Made by a program: the position numbers and the translations under genes. A DNA stretch of 64,000 nt from Candidatus Heteroruminococcus faecigallinarum. GTDB lineage: Bacteria > Bacillota > Clostridia > Oscillospirales > Ruminococcaceae. Numbering within the stretch: position 1 is the first letter of the stretch; the number at the start of each line of letters is the position of its first letter. This document shows, piece by piece, positions 37,727 to 46,693 of the stretch. Under the pieces are notes generated by a model. The model ran no database searches. It was given only the letters and a program-made list of their open reading frames with translations, and had not been told where the DNA came from. The stretch is from NCBI GenBank assembly GCA_904387055.1, contig CAJFKV010000003.1, positions 17,499 through 81,498 on the forward strand, given 5' to 3'.

Positions 37727-40351
37727 ATGAGAAAGCAGCTGGACAAGGTGTACGACCCCAGCCAGGTGGAGGACCGCACCTATGACTTCTGGCTCCGGGG
37801 CAACTACTTCCACGCCAAGGTGGACCCGGACAAGAAGCCCTTTACCATTGTGATTCCCCCGCCCAACGTGACCGGGCAGCTTCACATGGGCCACGCCCTG
37901 GACGAGACCCTGCAGGACATTCTGATCCGGTGGAAGCGGATGGAGGGCTGCGAGGCCCTGTGGCTCCCCGGCACCGACCACGCCGCCATCGCCACCGAGG
38001 CCAAGGTGGTGGCCGCCCTTCAGGAGGAGGGCCTCACCAAGGAGAGCCTGGGCCGGGAAAAGTTCCTGGAGCGGGCCTGGGAGTGGAAGGAGAAGTACGA
38101 AGGGCGGATTGTGAGCCAGCTGAAGAAGCTGGGCTCCTCCTGCGACTGGGAGCGGCAGCGGTTCACCATGGACGAGGGCTGCTCCAAGGCGGTGCAGGAG
38201 GTCTTCCTCAAGCTGTACAACAAGGGGCTCATCTACCGGGGGGAGCGGATCATCAACTGGTGCCCCCACTGCAAGACCTCCCTCTCCGACGCGGAGGTGG
38301 AGTATGAGGAGAAGGCGGGGGCCTTCTGGCACATCCGCTATCCCCTGGCCGACGGCAGCGGCAGCGTAGAGGTGGCCACCACCCGGCCCGAGACCATGCT
38401 GGGCGACAGCGGCGTGGCGGTGAACCCCAACGACGACCGGTACCGGGAGCTGGTGGGCAAGAAGGTGATCCTGCCCCTGGTGGGCCGGGAGATCCCCATT
38501 GTGGCCGACGACTATGTGGAGATGGACTTCGGCACCGGGGTGGTGAAGATGACCCCCGCCCACGACCCCAACGACTTTGAGGTGGGCCTGCGGCAGAACC
38601 TGGAGGTCATCAACATCTTTACCGACGACGCCCACATTGTGGAGGGCTACGGCAGATACTCCGGCATGGACCGGATGGAGGCCCGCAAGGCCATCGTGGC
38701 CGACCTGGAGGAGCAGGGCTACCTGATCCGCACCGAGGAATACACCCACAACGTGGGCACCTGCTACCGGTGCGGCACGGTGGTGGAACCCAAAGTGTCC
38801 AAGCAGTGGTTTGTGAAGATGGAGCCCCTGGCCGGCCCCGCCATCCAGGCGGTGAAGGAGGGGAAGACCCAGTTCATCCCCGAGCGGTTTGACAAGATCT
38901 ACTACCACTGGCTGGAGAACATCCGGGACTGGTGCATTTCCCGGCAGATCTGGTGGGGGCACCGGATTCCTGCCTATTACTGCGACGACTGCGGGGAGAT
39001 GGTGGTGGCCGGCGAGGCTCCGAAGGCCTGTCCCAAGTGCGGCGGCCATATGACCCAGGACCCGGACACCCTGGACACCTGGTTCTCCTCCGCTCTGTGG
39101 CCCTTCTCCACCCTGGGCTGGCCGGACAAGACCCCGGAGCTGTCCTACTTCTATCCCACCGACGTGCTGGTTACCGGCTACGACATCATCTTCTTCTGGG
39201 TGGTGCGGATGATGTTCTCCGGCCTGGAGCACATGGGGGAGGTCCCCTTCCACACGGTGCTGATCCACGGCCTGGTGCGGGATGCCCAGGGGCGGAAGAT
39301 GAGCAAATCCCTGGGCAACGGCATCGATCCCCTGGAGATCATCGCCCAGTACGGGGCCGACGCCCTCCGCTTCACCCTGGCTACCGGCAACAGCCCGGGC
39401 AACGACATGCGCTTCTCCGACGAGAAGGTCCGTTCCAGCCGGAACTTTGCCAATAAGATCTGGAACGCCGCCCGCTTCATCCTGATGAACCTTCCGGAGG
39501 AGATGGGCCCCGCGGTCCTTCCCAAGGAGCTGACGGTGGAGGACAAGTGGATCCTCAGCAAGTACAACCACCTGGTTCGGGAGGTTACCGACCATCTGGA
39601 AGCCTTTGAGCTGGGGCTGGCGGTCCAGTGCCTATACGACTTTATCTGGGACATCTTCTGCGACTGGTACATTGAACTGGCCAAAATCCGCCTGAACGCC
39701 GGCGGGGACGGGGCCGCCAATGTGCAGAATGTGCTGGTCTATGTGATGGACGGGGTGCTGCGGCTCCTCCATCCCTTTATGCCGTATATCACCGAGGAGA
39801 TCTGGCAGGCCCTGCCCCACGAGGGCGAGGCGCTGGTGGTGGCTGCCTGGCCCGCCTGGCGGGAGGAGCTCTCCTTCCAGAAGGAAGAGGCCGAATTCCA
39901 GCGGGTGATGGACATCATCCGGGCCATCCGCAACCAGCGGGCCGAGATGAATATCCCCCCCAGCAAGAAGGCCAAGGTCTATCTGTCCACCCCCTATGGG
40001 GACACCTTCCGGGATGGAATCCCCTTTATCCAGCGGCTGGCCGGCGCTTCCGACGTGATCATCGCCCCGGCCCAGGAGATCCCGGTGGAGGGATCAGTGC
40101 AGGTGATTACCGACTCGGCCCGGGCCTTTATCCCCATGGCCGAGCTGATTGACCGGGACAAGGAGCTTGCCCGCCTGCGCAAGGAGGAGAAGAGCTGCCA
40201 GAAGGACATCGATACCCTGACCGCCAAGCTGAACAACCCGGGCTTCCTGGCCAAAGCGCCCGCCGCGGTGGTGGAGGCCGACAAGGAGAAGCTCCAGAAA
40301 GCCAACGAGCGGATGGGGCATATCCGGGACAGCATCCAGGCCTTGGGGTAA
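37727..40351 (+). CDS. valS: valine--tRNA ligase
   Basis: [22 protein letters not shown]..., [24 protein letters not shown]-terminal coiled coil. The track ORF start 37646 lies inside the leader terminator. Confidence 0.95.
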   Translation: MRKQLDKVYDPSQVEDRTYDFWLRGNYFHAKVDPDKKPFTIVIPPPNVTGQLHMGHALDETLQDILIRWKRMEGCEALWLPGTDHAAIATEAKVVAALQEEGLTKESLGREKFLERAWEWKEKYEGRIVSQLKKLGSSCDWERQRFTMDEGCSKAVQEVFLKLYNKGLIYRGERIINWCPHCKTSLSDAEVEYEEKAGAFWHIRYPLADGSGSVEVATTRPETMLGDSGVAVNPNDDRYRELVGKKVILPLVGREIPIVADDYVEMDFGTGVVKMTPAHDPNDFEVGLRQNLEVINIFTDDAHIVEGYGRYSGMDRMEARKAIVADLEEQGYLIRTEEYTHNVGTCYRCGTVVEPKVSKQWFVKMEPLAGPAIQAVKEGKTQFIPERFDKIYYHWLENIRDWCISRQIWWGHRIPAYYCDDCGEMVVAGEAPKACPKCGGHMTQDPDTLDTWFSSALWPFSTLGWPDKTPELSYFYPTDVLVTGYDIIFFWVVRMMFSGLEHMGEVPFHTVLIHGLVRDAQGRKMSKSLGNGIDPLEIIAQYGADALRFTLATGNSPGNDMRFSDEKVRSSRNFANKIWNAARFILMNLPEEMGPAVLPKELTVEDKWILSKYNHLVREVTDHLEAFELGLAVQCLYDFIWDIFCDWYIELAKIRLNAGGDGAANVQNVLVYVMDGVLRLLHPFMPYITEEIWQALPHEGEALVVAAWPAWREELSFQKEEAEFQRVMDIIRAIRNQRAEMNIPPSKKAKVYLSTPYGDTFRDGIPFIQRLAGASDVIIAPAQEIPVEGSVQVITDSARAFIPMAELIDRDKELARLRKEEKSCQKDIDTLTAKLNNPGFLAKAPAAVVEADKEKLQKANERMGHIRDSIQALG

Positions 40352-40452
40352 CCACAAATCAAACCAAATCCGCGAGCAAAAGGACCCCAGGGAGGCGGAG
40401 CGCTTCCCTGGGGCTCCTCTGTACCAACGGAGAGAAAAAGGAGGCTGCTGAT

Positions 40453-41523
40453 ATGTCCAAGGGAAGGGTGTCTCCCATTGCGGAACCGTTGGTTCTTCCC
40501 CATCTGGTTCTCCAGAACCGGGTGGTCCGGTCGGCCACAGCCAACGGCATGGCGGACGAGCGGGGGTATGTGACGGCGCCCCAGGTGGAGCTGTACCGGC
40601 GGCTGACGGCAGGGGAAATCGGCCTGATTGTCACCGGCCACTGTTTCATCTGCCCGGAGGGGATTGCCTCCCCGGGGCAGACCGGCATCCATGAACCCGG
40701 CTGCCTGCCCGGCCTGGCCGAGATTGCCTCCCTGGCCGGGGGGAGCCTGTCGAAGATGGCGGTCCAGCTGAACCACGCCGGGGCCAAAGCCCCCTTCGCC
40801 CACCAGCCGGTGGGGCCTGCGGCCATCTGCCTGCGGAAGGACGGAAAGGCTGCCCGGCTCCTGGAGGCGGGGGAGATGAAGGGGATTGTGGAGGCGTTTG
40901 TCCAGGCGGCGCTCCTGGGCAAGCAGGCGGGATTTGCCGGGGTGCAGGTCCATCTGGCCCACGGGTACCTGCTCTCCCAGTTTCTGGACCCCCTGTACAA
41001 CACCCGGGAGGATGGATATGGCCGCACCGCCGAGGGGCGCTTCCGCCTGGCGGGGGAGGTGCTGGAAGGGATCAAAGCCGCCTGTGGAGAGGCGTTTCCC
41101 GTCTTTGTGAAGATGAACATTACCACCGGCGGGGAGGACGACGCCTTTGAAGAGGACGCGGCGGCCTATCTGAACCTGCTGGCGGACTGCGGCGTGGAGG
41201 CTGCCGAGCTGAGCGGCCACATCGTCCGGAAACGGGGGAACCGGGACCGGCTCTATTTTCTGGAGCGGGCGGCCCGCCTGCGGAAGAAGACCTCCCTTCC
41301 CCTGATGCTGGTGGGAGGAATCCGCACCCTGGGGGAGATGGAACAGGTACTGGCGGCGGGCATCCAGATGGTGTCCCTCTGCCGGCCCTTCATCTGCGAG
41401 CCGGATCTGGTTCCCCGGCTGCTGGGCGGCCAGGAAGGAGCCCGGTGTGTGGGCTGTGAACAATGTTTTGCCAGGACGGCGGAAGGCGTGCGAAACTGCG
41501 TCTTCCACCGTCCCAACGAATAA
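40453..41523 (+). CDS. NADH:flavin oxidoreductase (Old Yellow Enzyme family)
   Basis: RBS AAGGAGG. ...LQNRVVRSATANGMAD...QLNHAGA...VQVHLAHGYLLSQFLDPLYNTREDGYG.... Confidence 0.85.
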   Translation: MSKGRVSPIAEPLVLPHLVLQNRVVRSATANGMADERGYVTAPQVELYRRLTAGEIGLIVTGHCFICPEGIASPGQTGIHEPGCLPGLAEIASLAGGSLSKMAVQLNHAGAKAPFAHQPVGPAAICLRKDGKAARLLEAGEMKGIVEAFVQAALLGKQAGFAGVQVHLAHGYLLSQFLDPLYNTREDGYGRTAEGRFRLAGEVLEGIKAACGEAFPVFVKMNITTGGEDDAFEEDAAAYLNLLADCGVEAAELSGHIVRKRGNRDRLYFLERAARLRKKTSLPLMLVGGIRTLGEMEQVLAAGIQMVSLCRPFICEPDLVPRLLGGQEGARCVGCEQCFARTAEGVRNCVFHRPNE

Positions 41524-41535
41524 GGAGGCGTTTCC

Positions 41536-42813
41536 ATGACCGAACAGGAAGCCATTTCCTATCTGCATTCCCTGGGGCGGCTGGGCCCGGCAGCGGGCCT
41601 TGCCCGGATCACCCGCCTGATGGAGCTGCTGGGCAACCCCCAAAAGGAGCTGCGGTTTGTCCATGTGGCGGGAACCAACGGAAAGGGTTCCACCTGTGCC
41701 ATGACCGCGTCGATTCTGCGGAAGGCCGGGTACCGCACAGGGCTGTACATTTCTCCCTATATTGTCACCTTCCGGGAGAGAATCCAGCTGGACGGGGAGA
41801 TGATCCCCCCGGAGGAGCTGGCCTGGGCGGTGGAACGGGTACAGGCGGCGGCCGAGCAGATGAGGGCGGAAGGAACGCCCCCGGTGGAATTTGAGGCGGT
41901 GACCGCCACCGCCCTGCTGTGGTATGCCAAGGCGAAGGTGGATGTGGTGGTGTTGGAAGTGGGCCTGGGGGGCCGGTTTGACGCCACCAATGTGATCCCC
42001 TGCCCCCTGTGCACCGTAATTACCCCCATTGGCCTGGACCACACCGAGCTGCTGGGGGATACCCTGGCGGCGATTGCCGGGGAGAAATGCGGCATCATCA
42101 AAGAGGGCGGGGTGACGGTGACCGCCACCCAGGACCCGGAGGCCCTGGCGGTGATTATGGAGACCTGTGCCCGGCGGGGCAATCCTCTCATCAGCGGAAA
42201 CCGGCAGGCTGTCCGTGTACTGGGGGAGGACTTTACAGGTACCCGCCTCCAGTATGGGGAGCTGGAGCTGACCCTGCCCCTCCTGGGAGATTACCAGGTG
42301 GACAACTGTGTCACCGCAGTCGAGACGGCACGGCTGCTGAACCGCCGGGGCCTGACCGTCCCCGACCAGGCCATTGTGGAGGGGATTGCCGCCGTCCGGT
42401 GGCCGGCCCGGATGGAGCTGCTGCAGCAGGAGCCCTTTGTCCTGCTGGACGGGGCCCATAACCAGGCGGGGGCCGAGGCGCTGGCCCGTTCCCTCACCCG
42501 GCTGGGCGCGGGGAAGGCGACCATGATCTGCGGCATGCTGGCCGACAAGGACTGGCATGGGGCGGTAAGCCGGTTTCTCCCCTTTGCCCAAGAGCTGCTG
42601 GCGGTGACCCCCCAGAGCCCCCGGGCCCTGCCGGCGGAGAAACTGGCGGCCTTTGCCCGGGAAGAGGGGGTGCCGGCCCGGCCCTGTGCCGACGGCCGGG
42701 AGGCCTGGCGCCTTGCCAGGGAAAAGGGGACGCCGGTGATCATCTGCGGCTCCCTGTACCTGGCGGCGGAGCTGCGGGAAGTGGTACTAACCGACCTGCA
42801 AAAATCCAAATAG
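41536..42813 (+). CDS. folC: bifunctional folylpolyglutamate synthase / dihydrofolate synthase
   Basis: HVAGTNGKGST P-loop and Mur-ligase architecture. Confidence 0.92.
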   Translation: MTEQEAISYLHSLGRLGPAAGLARITRLMELLGNPQKELRFVHVAGTNGKGSTCAMTASILRKAGYRTGLYISPYIVTFRERIQLDGEMIPPEELAWAVERVQAAAEQMRAEGTPPVEFEAVTATALLWYAKAKVDVVVLEVGLGGRFDATNVIPCPLCTVITPIGLDHTELLGDTLAAIAGEKCGIIKEGGVTVTATQDPEALAVIMETCARRGNPLISGNRQAVRVLGEDFTGTRLQYGELELTLPLLGDYQVDNCVTAVETARLLNRRGLTVPDQAIVEGIAAVRWPARMELLQQEPFVLLDGAHNQAGAEALARSLTRLGAGKATMICGMLADKDWHGAVSRFLPFAQELLAVTPQSPRALPAEKLAAFAREEGVPARPCADGREAWRLAREKGTPVIICGSLYLAAELREVVLTDLQKSK

Positions 42814-42902
42814 GAATATTGAAGGCTGATTTGACAGAAAGGATTATTCTTTCCGTATAAATTACCGGAATTTATACGAAAAAGAAAGGGCCGAACGAAA
42901 AA

Positions 42903-42936
42903 GGCCGGGACAAGATTGCCTTGTCCCGGCCTTTTT
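42903..42936 (+). terminator. intrinsic terminator upstream of spoIIA
   Basis: GGCCGGGACAAG and CTTGTCCCGGCC arms followed by TTTTT. Confidence 0.75.
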
Positions 42937-43067
42937 GCCGTGGAGGGAAAAAAACCGGGGGCGTCGACCGTTCCCGGCAAAATCCCCCTGGGGTCCTGGG
43001 GTAAGCTGGAAACGGTGCAGAGGCGGGACAAGCCGCCCGCCAATTTGACAAGAAAGGGGAACAAAGG

Positions 43068-43388
43068 ATGCCGGTACAGATCGAAACAGGGCCGGAGGTG
43101 GTGTCGGCCTTCCTCAGCGGGGAGATCGACCATCACAACGCCCGGCAGCTGAGGACGGAGATTGACGAGGCGGCAGTGCGGGTGCTGCCGGCGGTTTTGC
43201 GGCTGGATTTTTCCGGGGTGGAGTTTATGGACAGCTCCGGCATTGGGCTGGTGCTGGGGCGGTACCAGCTGATGGAGGACCTGGGCGGCAAGCTGGAGGT
43301 GACCGGTCTGCCCCGCCACCTGCGGAAGGTGATGACGGTGGCCGGCATCGACAAGCTGGGCATTGTGGAGGAGGGAACCAAACGGTGA
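43068..43388 (+). CDS. spoIIAA: anti-sigma-F factor antagonist
   Basis: STAS domain with phosphorylatable Ser in ...VEFMDSSGIGLVLGR.... Confidence 0.92.
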   Translation: MPVQIETGPEVVSAFLSGEIDHHNARQLRTEIDEAAVRVLPAVLRLDFSGVEFMDSSGIGLVLGRYQLMEDLGGKLEVTGLPRHLRKVMTVAGIDKLGIVEEGTKR

Positions 43389-43846
43389 AGAACGACAACT
43401 TTATGACCTTGACCATCCCCAGCCGGTCGGCCAACGAGGCCTTTGCCCGGATGGCGGTGGCGGCCTTTGTGGCCCAGCTGGACCCAACGGTGGAGGAGCT
43501 GTGTGACATCAAGACGGCGGTGTCCGAGGCGGTGACCAACTGCATCGTCCACGCCTATCGGGATACCATCGGCCGCATCTACATACAGGGGCGGATCGAC
43601 GACCGGCGGATTACCGTCCGCATCCGGGACAAGGGATGCGGCATCCCCGACGTGGAAAAAGCCATGGAACCCCTGTTTACCACCGGCACCGGCGCCGAGG
43701 AGCGGGCCGGGCTGGGATTCGCGGTGATGCAGGCCATGATGGACCGGGTGAAGGTGACCTCCGCCGTGGGCAAAGGAACCACTGTCCTGCTTCAAAAGAG
43801 GCTGAGCGACCGGGGGGATGGGGATGACCGAAAAGACCGCCCTTGA
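43385..43846 (+). CDS. spoIIAB: anti-sigma-F factor (Ser kinase)
   Basis: GTG start overlapping the spoIIAA stop. ...EAVTNCIVHAY..., HATPase_c G-boxes ...RDKGCGI... and ...GLGF.... Confidence 0.92.
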   Translation: MKNDNFMTLTIPSRSANEAFARMAVAAFVAQLDPTVEELCDIKTAVSEAVTNCIVHAYRDTIGRIYIQGRIDDRRITVRIRDKGCGIPDVEKAMEPLFTTGTGAEERAGLGFAVMQAMMDRVKVTSAVGKGTTVLLQKRLSDRGDGDDRKDRP

Positions 43847-44504
43847 CCGGGAGGCTCCCGCCCCGGTAGTGGAGGAGCACCTGGGGCTGGTGCACGCCTG
43901 TGCCCACCGGTTCCGGGGCCGGGGGGTGGAATACGAGGATCTGTACGGCGCCGGGTGCATCGGTCTGGTGAAGGCGGCCGCCGCCTTCGACCGGAACCGG
44001 GGGGTCAAGTTCTCCACCTATGCGGTGCCGGTGATTTTGGGGGAGATCCGCCGCCTGTTCCGGGATGGAGGAAGCGTCAAGGTGAGCCGCAGCCTGAAGG
44101 AGCTGGGCCTGCGGGTGACCCGGGCCCGGGAGGAGATCCTGGCCAAGGAGGGCCGGGAACCGACGGTGGCCCGGCTGGCGGCCCTCTTGGGGGAGAAGGA
44201 GGAGGCGGTGGTGGAGGCCATCAGCGCCGGGACGCCCCCCGTCTCCCTCACCGAGAGCGAGGAGGAGGGCGGCGGCCAGATGGACCTGCCGGTGGACTCC
44301 CCGGAGGAGACCATCACCGACCTGCTCTCCCTGGACCAGGCCATGGACTGCCTGCCCCCGCTGGACCGGCAGCTGATTACCCTGCGGTACTTTGGGGGGA
44401 AGACCCAGACCCAGACCGCCCAGGAGCTGGGCATGACCCAGGTGCAGGTTTCCCGCCGGGAGAAGAAGATCCTCCTGGCCATGCGGCGGCAGCTTACCGG
44501 GTGA
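43818..44504 (+). CDS. sigF: RNA polymerase sporulation sigma factor F
   Basis: Sigma-70 regions 2-4 (...YEDLYGAGCIGLVKAAAAFD...FSTYAVPVILGEIRR...TQTQTAQELGMTQVQVSRREKK). Confidence 0.9.
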   Translation: MGMTEKTALDREAPAPVVEEHLGLVHACAHRFRGRGVEYEDLYGAGCIGLVKAAAAFDRNRGVKFSTYAVPVILGEIRRLFRDGGSVKVSRSLKELGLRVTRAREEILAKEGREPTVARLAALLGEKEEAVVEAISAGTPPVSLTESEEEGGGQMDLPVDSPEETITDLLSLDQAMDCLPPLDRQLITLRYFGGKTQTQTAQELGMTQVQVSRREKKILLAMRRQLTG

Positions 44505-44515
44505 CAAACGGCCAA

Positions 44516-44555
44516 CCCGGGGGACCTTCGGAAGAAGAAGGTCCCCCGGGTTTTT
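44516..44555 (+). terminator. intrinsic terminator after sigF
   Basis: CCCGGGGGACCTT and AAGGTCCCCCGGG arms followed by TTTTT. Confidence 0.8.
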
Positions 44556-44720
44556 GGTGCGCTGACAGCGGAGGGAAATGTGGAATCGTGTACAAATTTG
44601 CCGAAGGGTTGTTGGACAAGGCGACGGTTTTTCCGGCAGGAGGCGGGAGGGGCTTGCAAAAACGAGGGAAGGTGGTATGCTGGAGGTAATCCCTAAATTC
44701 TGGAAGGAGGCTGCCGACCC

Positions 44721-46262
44721 ATGAAACGAGCAGCGGACCGAAAAACGGCGCGGAGGAAGCGGGCGGCCCTTTGCCTGGCAGCGGCGATCCTGGTGGGGGC
44801 GGCAGTGGCGGGCTGCGGGGCCCCGGCTTCCCCTTCGCAGGCGGCGATCCCTCGGGAGGAGCCGTCCGCCCCCATGGAGGAGGAATCTTCTTCGGTTTCC
44901 CCGGCCCCTCCCCAGGAGGAACAGCCCGCCTCGGCGCCGGGAGATTCGTCGTCTGGGTCCCCAGCCTCCCCCGCCGCCGGGGACACGGACGCCCAGGAAC
45001 AGGAAGCCCCTTCCAGCCAATGGGAGGAGCCGGCGCAGGGTCCCCTCGACCCCCTTGTCTTTGTGGTGATCGACAGCAACGGCACCCCGGCCGTCAACGC
45101 CCAGGTGACCCTGAAGACCGCGGACGACGCCCAGTTCTGGGGATATTGGCGGACCGGGTCCCAGGGGCAGGTGACCGTCCCCCCGCCGGAGGGGCTGGCC
45201 TGGGGCAGCTATCTGCTGGGCATCGAGACGGCGGGCCCTGGCGGGGAGAGTGCCTACGAGGAGGTGCCGGTTACCCTGGCTCCCGGGGAGAAGGGCGCTT
45301 CCATCCCGGTGCAGATGGCGGGGGAATCCCTCTATGAACAGGTGAAGAAGGCGGAAAACCGGGTGGAGATCTGCCTCCTGGACCTGGAAGGGAACCCGCT
45401 TCCCGACCTGTGGGTCACCACCAACCTGATGGGGGACCAGTTCCCCGACACCGGCGGCTTTCTTGTGCCCGGAGAGGGTTACACCGACCAGGACGGGGTG
45501 GTGTATTTTGACCAGTACGACAGCCCCTATGCCTCCTTGCGGGAACAGGCGGGGACAAAGCGGGTGGGCATCCGGCTGGAGGAAGGCTACCGGCCCCTCA
45601 ACAGCATCCGGGTGCCGGTGGAGCCCGGCGTGAAGCGGTACACCATGACGGTGGACCTGGAGGCCCTGCCCCCCGGCTTCCGCCTGCGGATGGTGGACCG
45701 GGACGGGGTCCCCATCCAGAATACCAAGGCGGTGGTGAATGTGGAGGAGCAGGCCTCCTTCCTTGCCATCACCAATTCCCGCGGGGAGATCACCGTGCCG
45801 GAGGACTATTTTGAGGGGCTCCGGTACGGGGTGGAGTATGGGGTGAACCTGGAGCTGGACTCGGTGACCGGCGGCCAGGGGGTGGAGACCCAGCCCTTTG
45901 TGCTGACCCCAGCGGCCTGGAGCGAGCCGGTGGTGGTTTCCTGGCCTTTCCCCTCCCCCTACGAGGCCCTCAAGACTGCCCCCGACCGGGTGGAGATCAC
46001 CATCCAGGACGGGAGAGGGAACCCCATCCCGGACCTGTGGGTGATTGCGAGCTTTGGCGGAACGCAGGAGCCGGACCGGGGCGGCAGCAAGGGCACTTAC
46101 GAAGGGTACACCGACCAGGAGGGGACCATCTACTTCACCCAGTATCACCCGGGGGAGATCCCGGTGGGGATCAGCCCGGCAGGGGAATCCTACCGGCAGC
46201 TGGGGACCATCTCGGTCACCGGGGAACCGGGGGTGCAGTCCTTCCTCTTCGTCCTGGAATAG
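44721..46262 (+). CDS. modular lipoprotein with four beta-sandwich-like repeats (hypothetical)
   Basis: RBS GGAAGGAGG. Lipobox LVGAAVAGC, a Pro/Ser/Glu-rich linker, then paired repeats such as RVEICLLDLEGNPLPDLWV...GYTDQDGVVYFDQY and RVEITIQDGRGNPIPDLWV...GYTDQEGTIYFTQY. Confidence 0.7.
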   Translation: MKRAADRKTARRKRAALCLAAAILVGAAVAGCGAPASPSQAAIPREEPSAPMEEESSSVSPAPPQEEQPASAPGDSSSGSPASPAAGDTDAQEQEAPSSQWEEPAQGPLDPLVFVVIDSNGTPAVNAQVTLKTADDAQFWGYWRTGSQGQVTVPPPEGLAWGSYLLGIETAGPGGESAYEEVPVTLAPGEKGASIPVQMAGESLYEQVKKAENRVEICLLDLEGNPLPDLWVTTNLMGDQFPDTGGFLVPGEGYTDQDGVVYFDQYDSPYASLREQAGTKRVGIRLEEGYRPLNSIRVPVEPGVKRYTMTVDLEALPPGFRLRMVDRDGVPIQNTKAVVNVEEQASFLAITNSRGEITVPEDYFEGLRYGVEYGVNLELDSVTGGQGVETQPFVLTPAAWSEPVVVSWPFPSPYEALKTAPDRVEITIQDGRGNPIPDLWVIASFGGTQEPDRGGSKGTYEGYTDQEGTIYFTQYHPGEIPVGISPAGESYRQLGTISVTGEPGVQSFLFVLE

Positions 46263-46269
46263 ACAAAAA

Positions 46270-46300
46270 GGAGCCGCCGGGCGTCTTGCCCGGCGGCTCC
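46270..46300. terminator. bidirectional hairpin
   Basis: GGAGCCGCCGGGC and GCCCGGCGGCTCC arms. Confidence 0.65.
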
Positions 46301-46320
46301 TCTTCCAAACGGGGGAACAA

Positions 46321-46617
46321 TCATGGGATGATTTTCACGGCGGTGCCGTAGACCAGGACCTCGGCGGCGCCCTGCATCACGACGCTGGAGGAATACCGGA
46401 TCGCCACAATGGCGTCGGCCCCCAGGGCCTGGGCACGCTGGATCATCCGCTGGGTGGCAATCTCCCGGGATTGATCCATCATCTGGGTACAGGAAGAGAG
46501 TTCCCCTCCCACAAGGGGTTTCTTGCCGAAATGGACCGACTGGATCATGGATCCCTGCACCATCCCGAGAAGCTCCAGCGTTTTGCCGGGAAGGGAGTCG
46601 ACGGTTACCAGCATCAT
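46321..46617 (-). CDS. YbjQ-family (UPF0145, putative heavy-metal-binding) protein
   Basis: RBS AAGGAGG then MMLVTVDSLPGKTLELLGMVQGS...ALGADAIVAIRY.... Confidence 0.8.
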   Translation of the reverse strand: MMLVTVDSLPGKTLELLGMVQGSMIQSVHFGKKPLVGGELSSCTQMMDQSREIATQRMIQRAQALGADAIVAIRYSSSVVMQGAAEVLVYGTAVKIIP

Positions 46618-46693
46618 GGGCGATTCCTCCTTTTTGATGGAAGTGTCGCCTTCAGTATACCATAAACCGGGGGAGCGGGACAAGGACAGCCGG

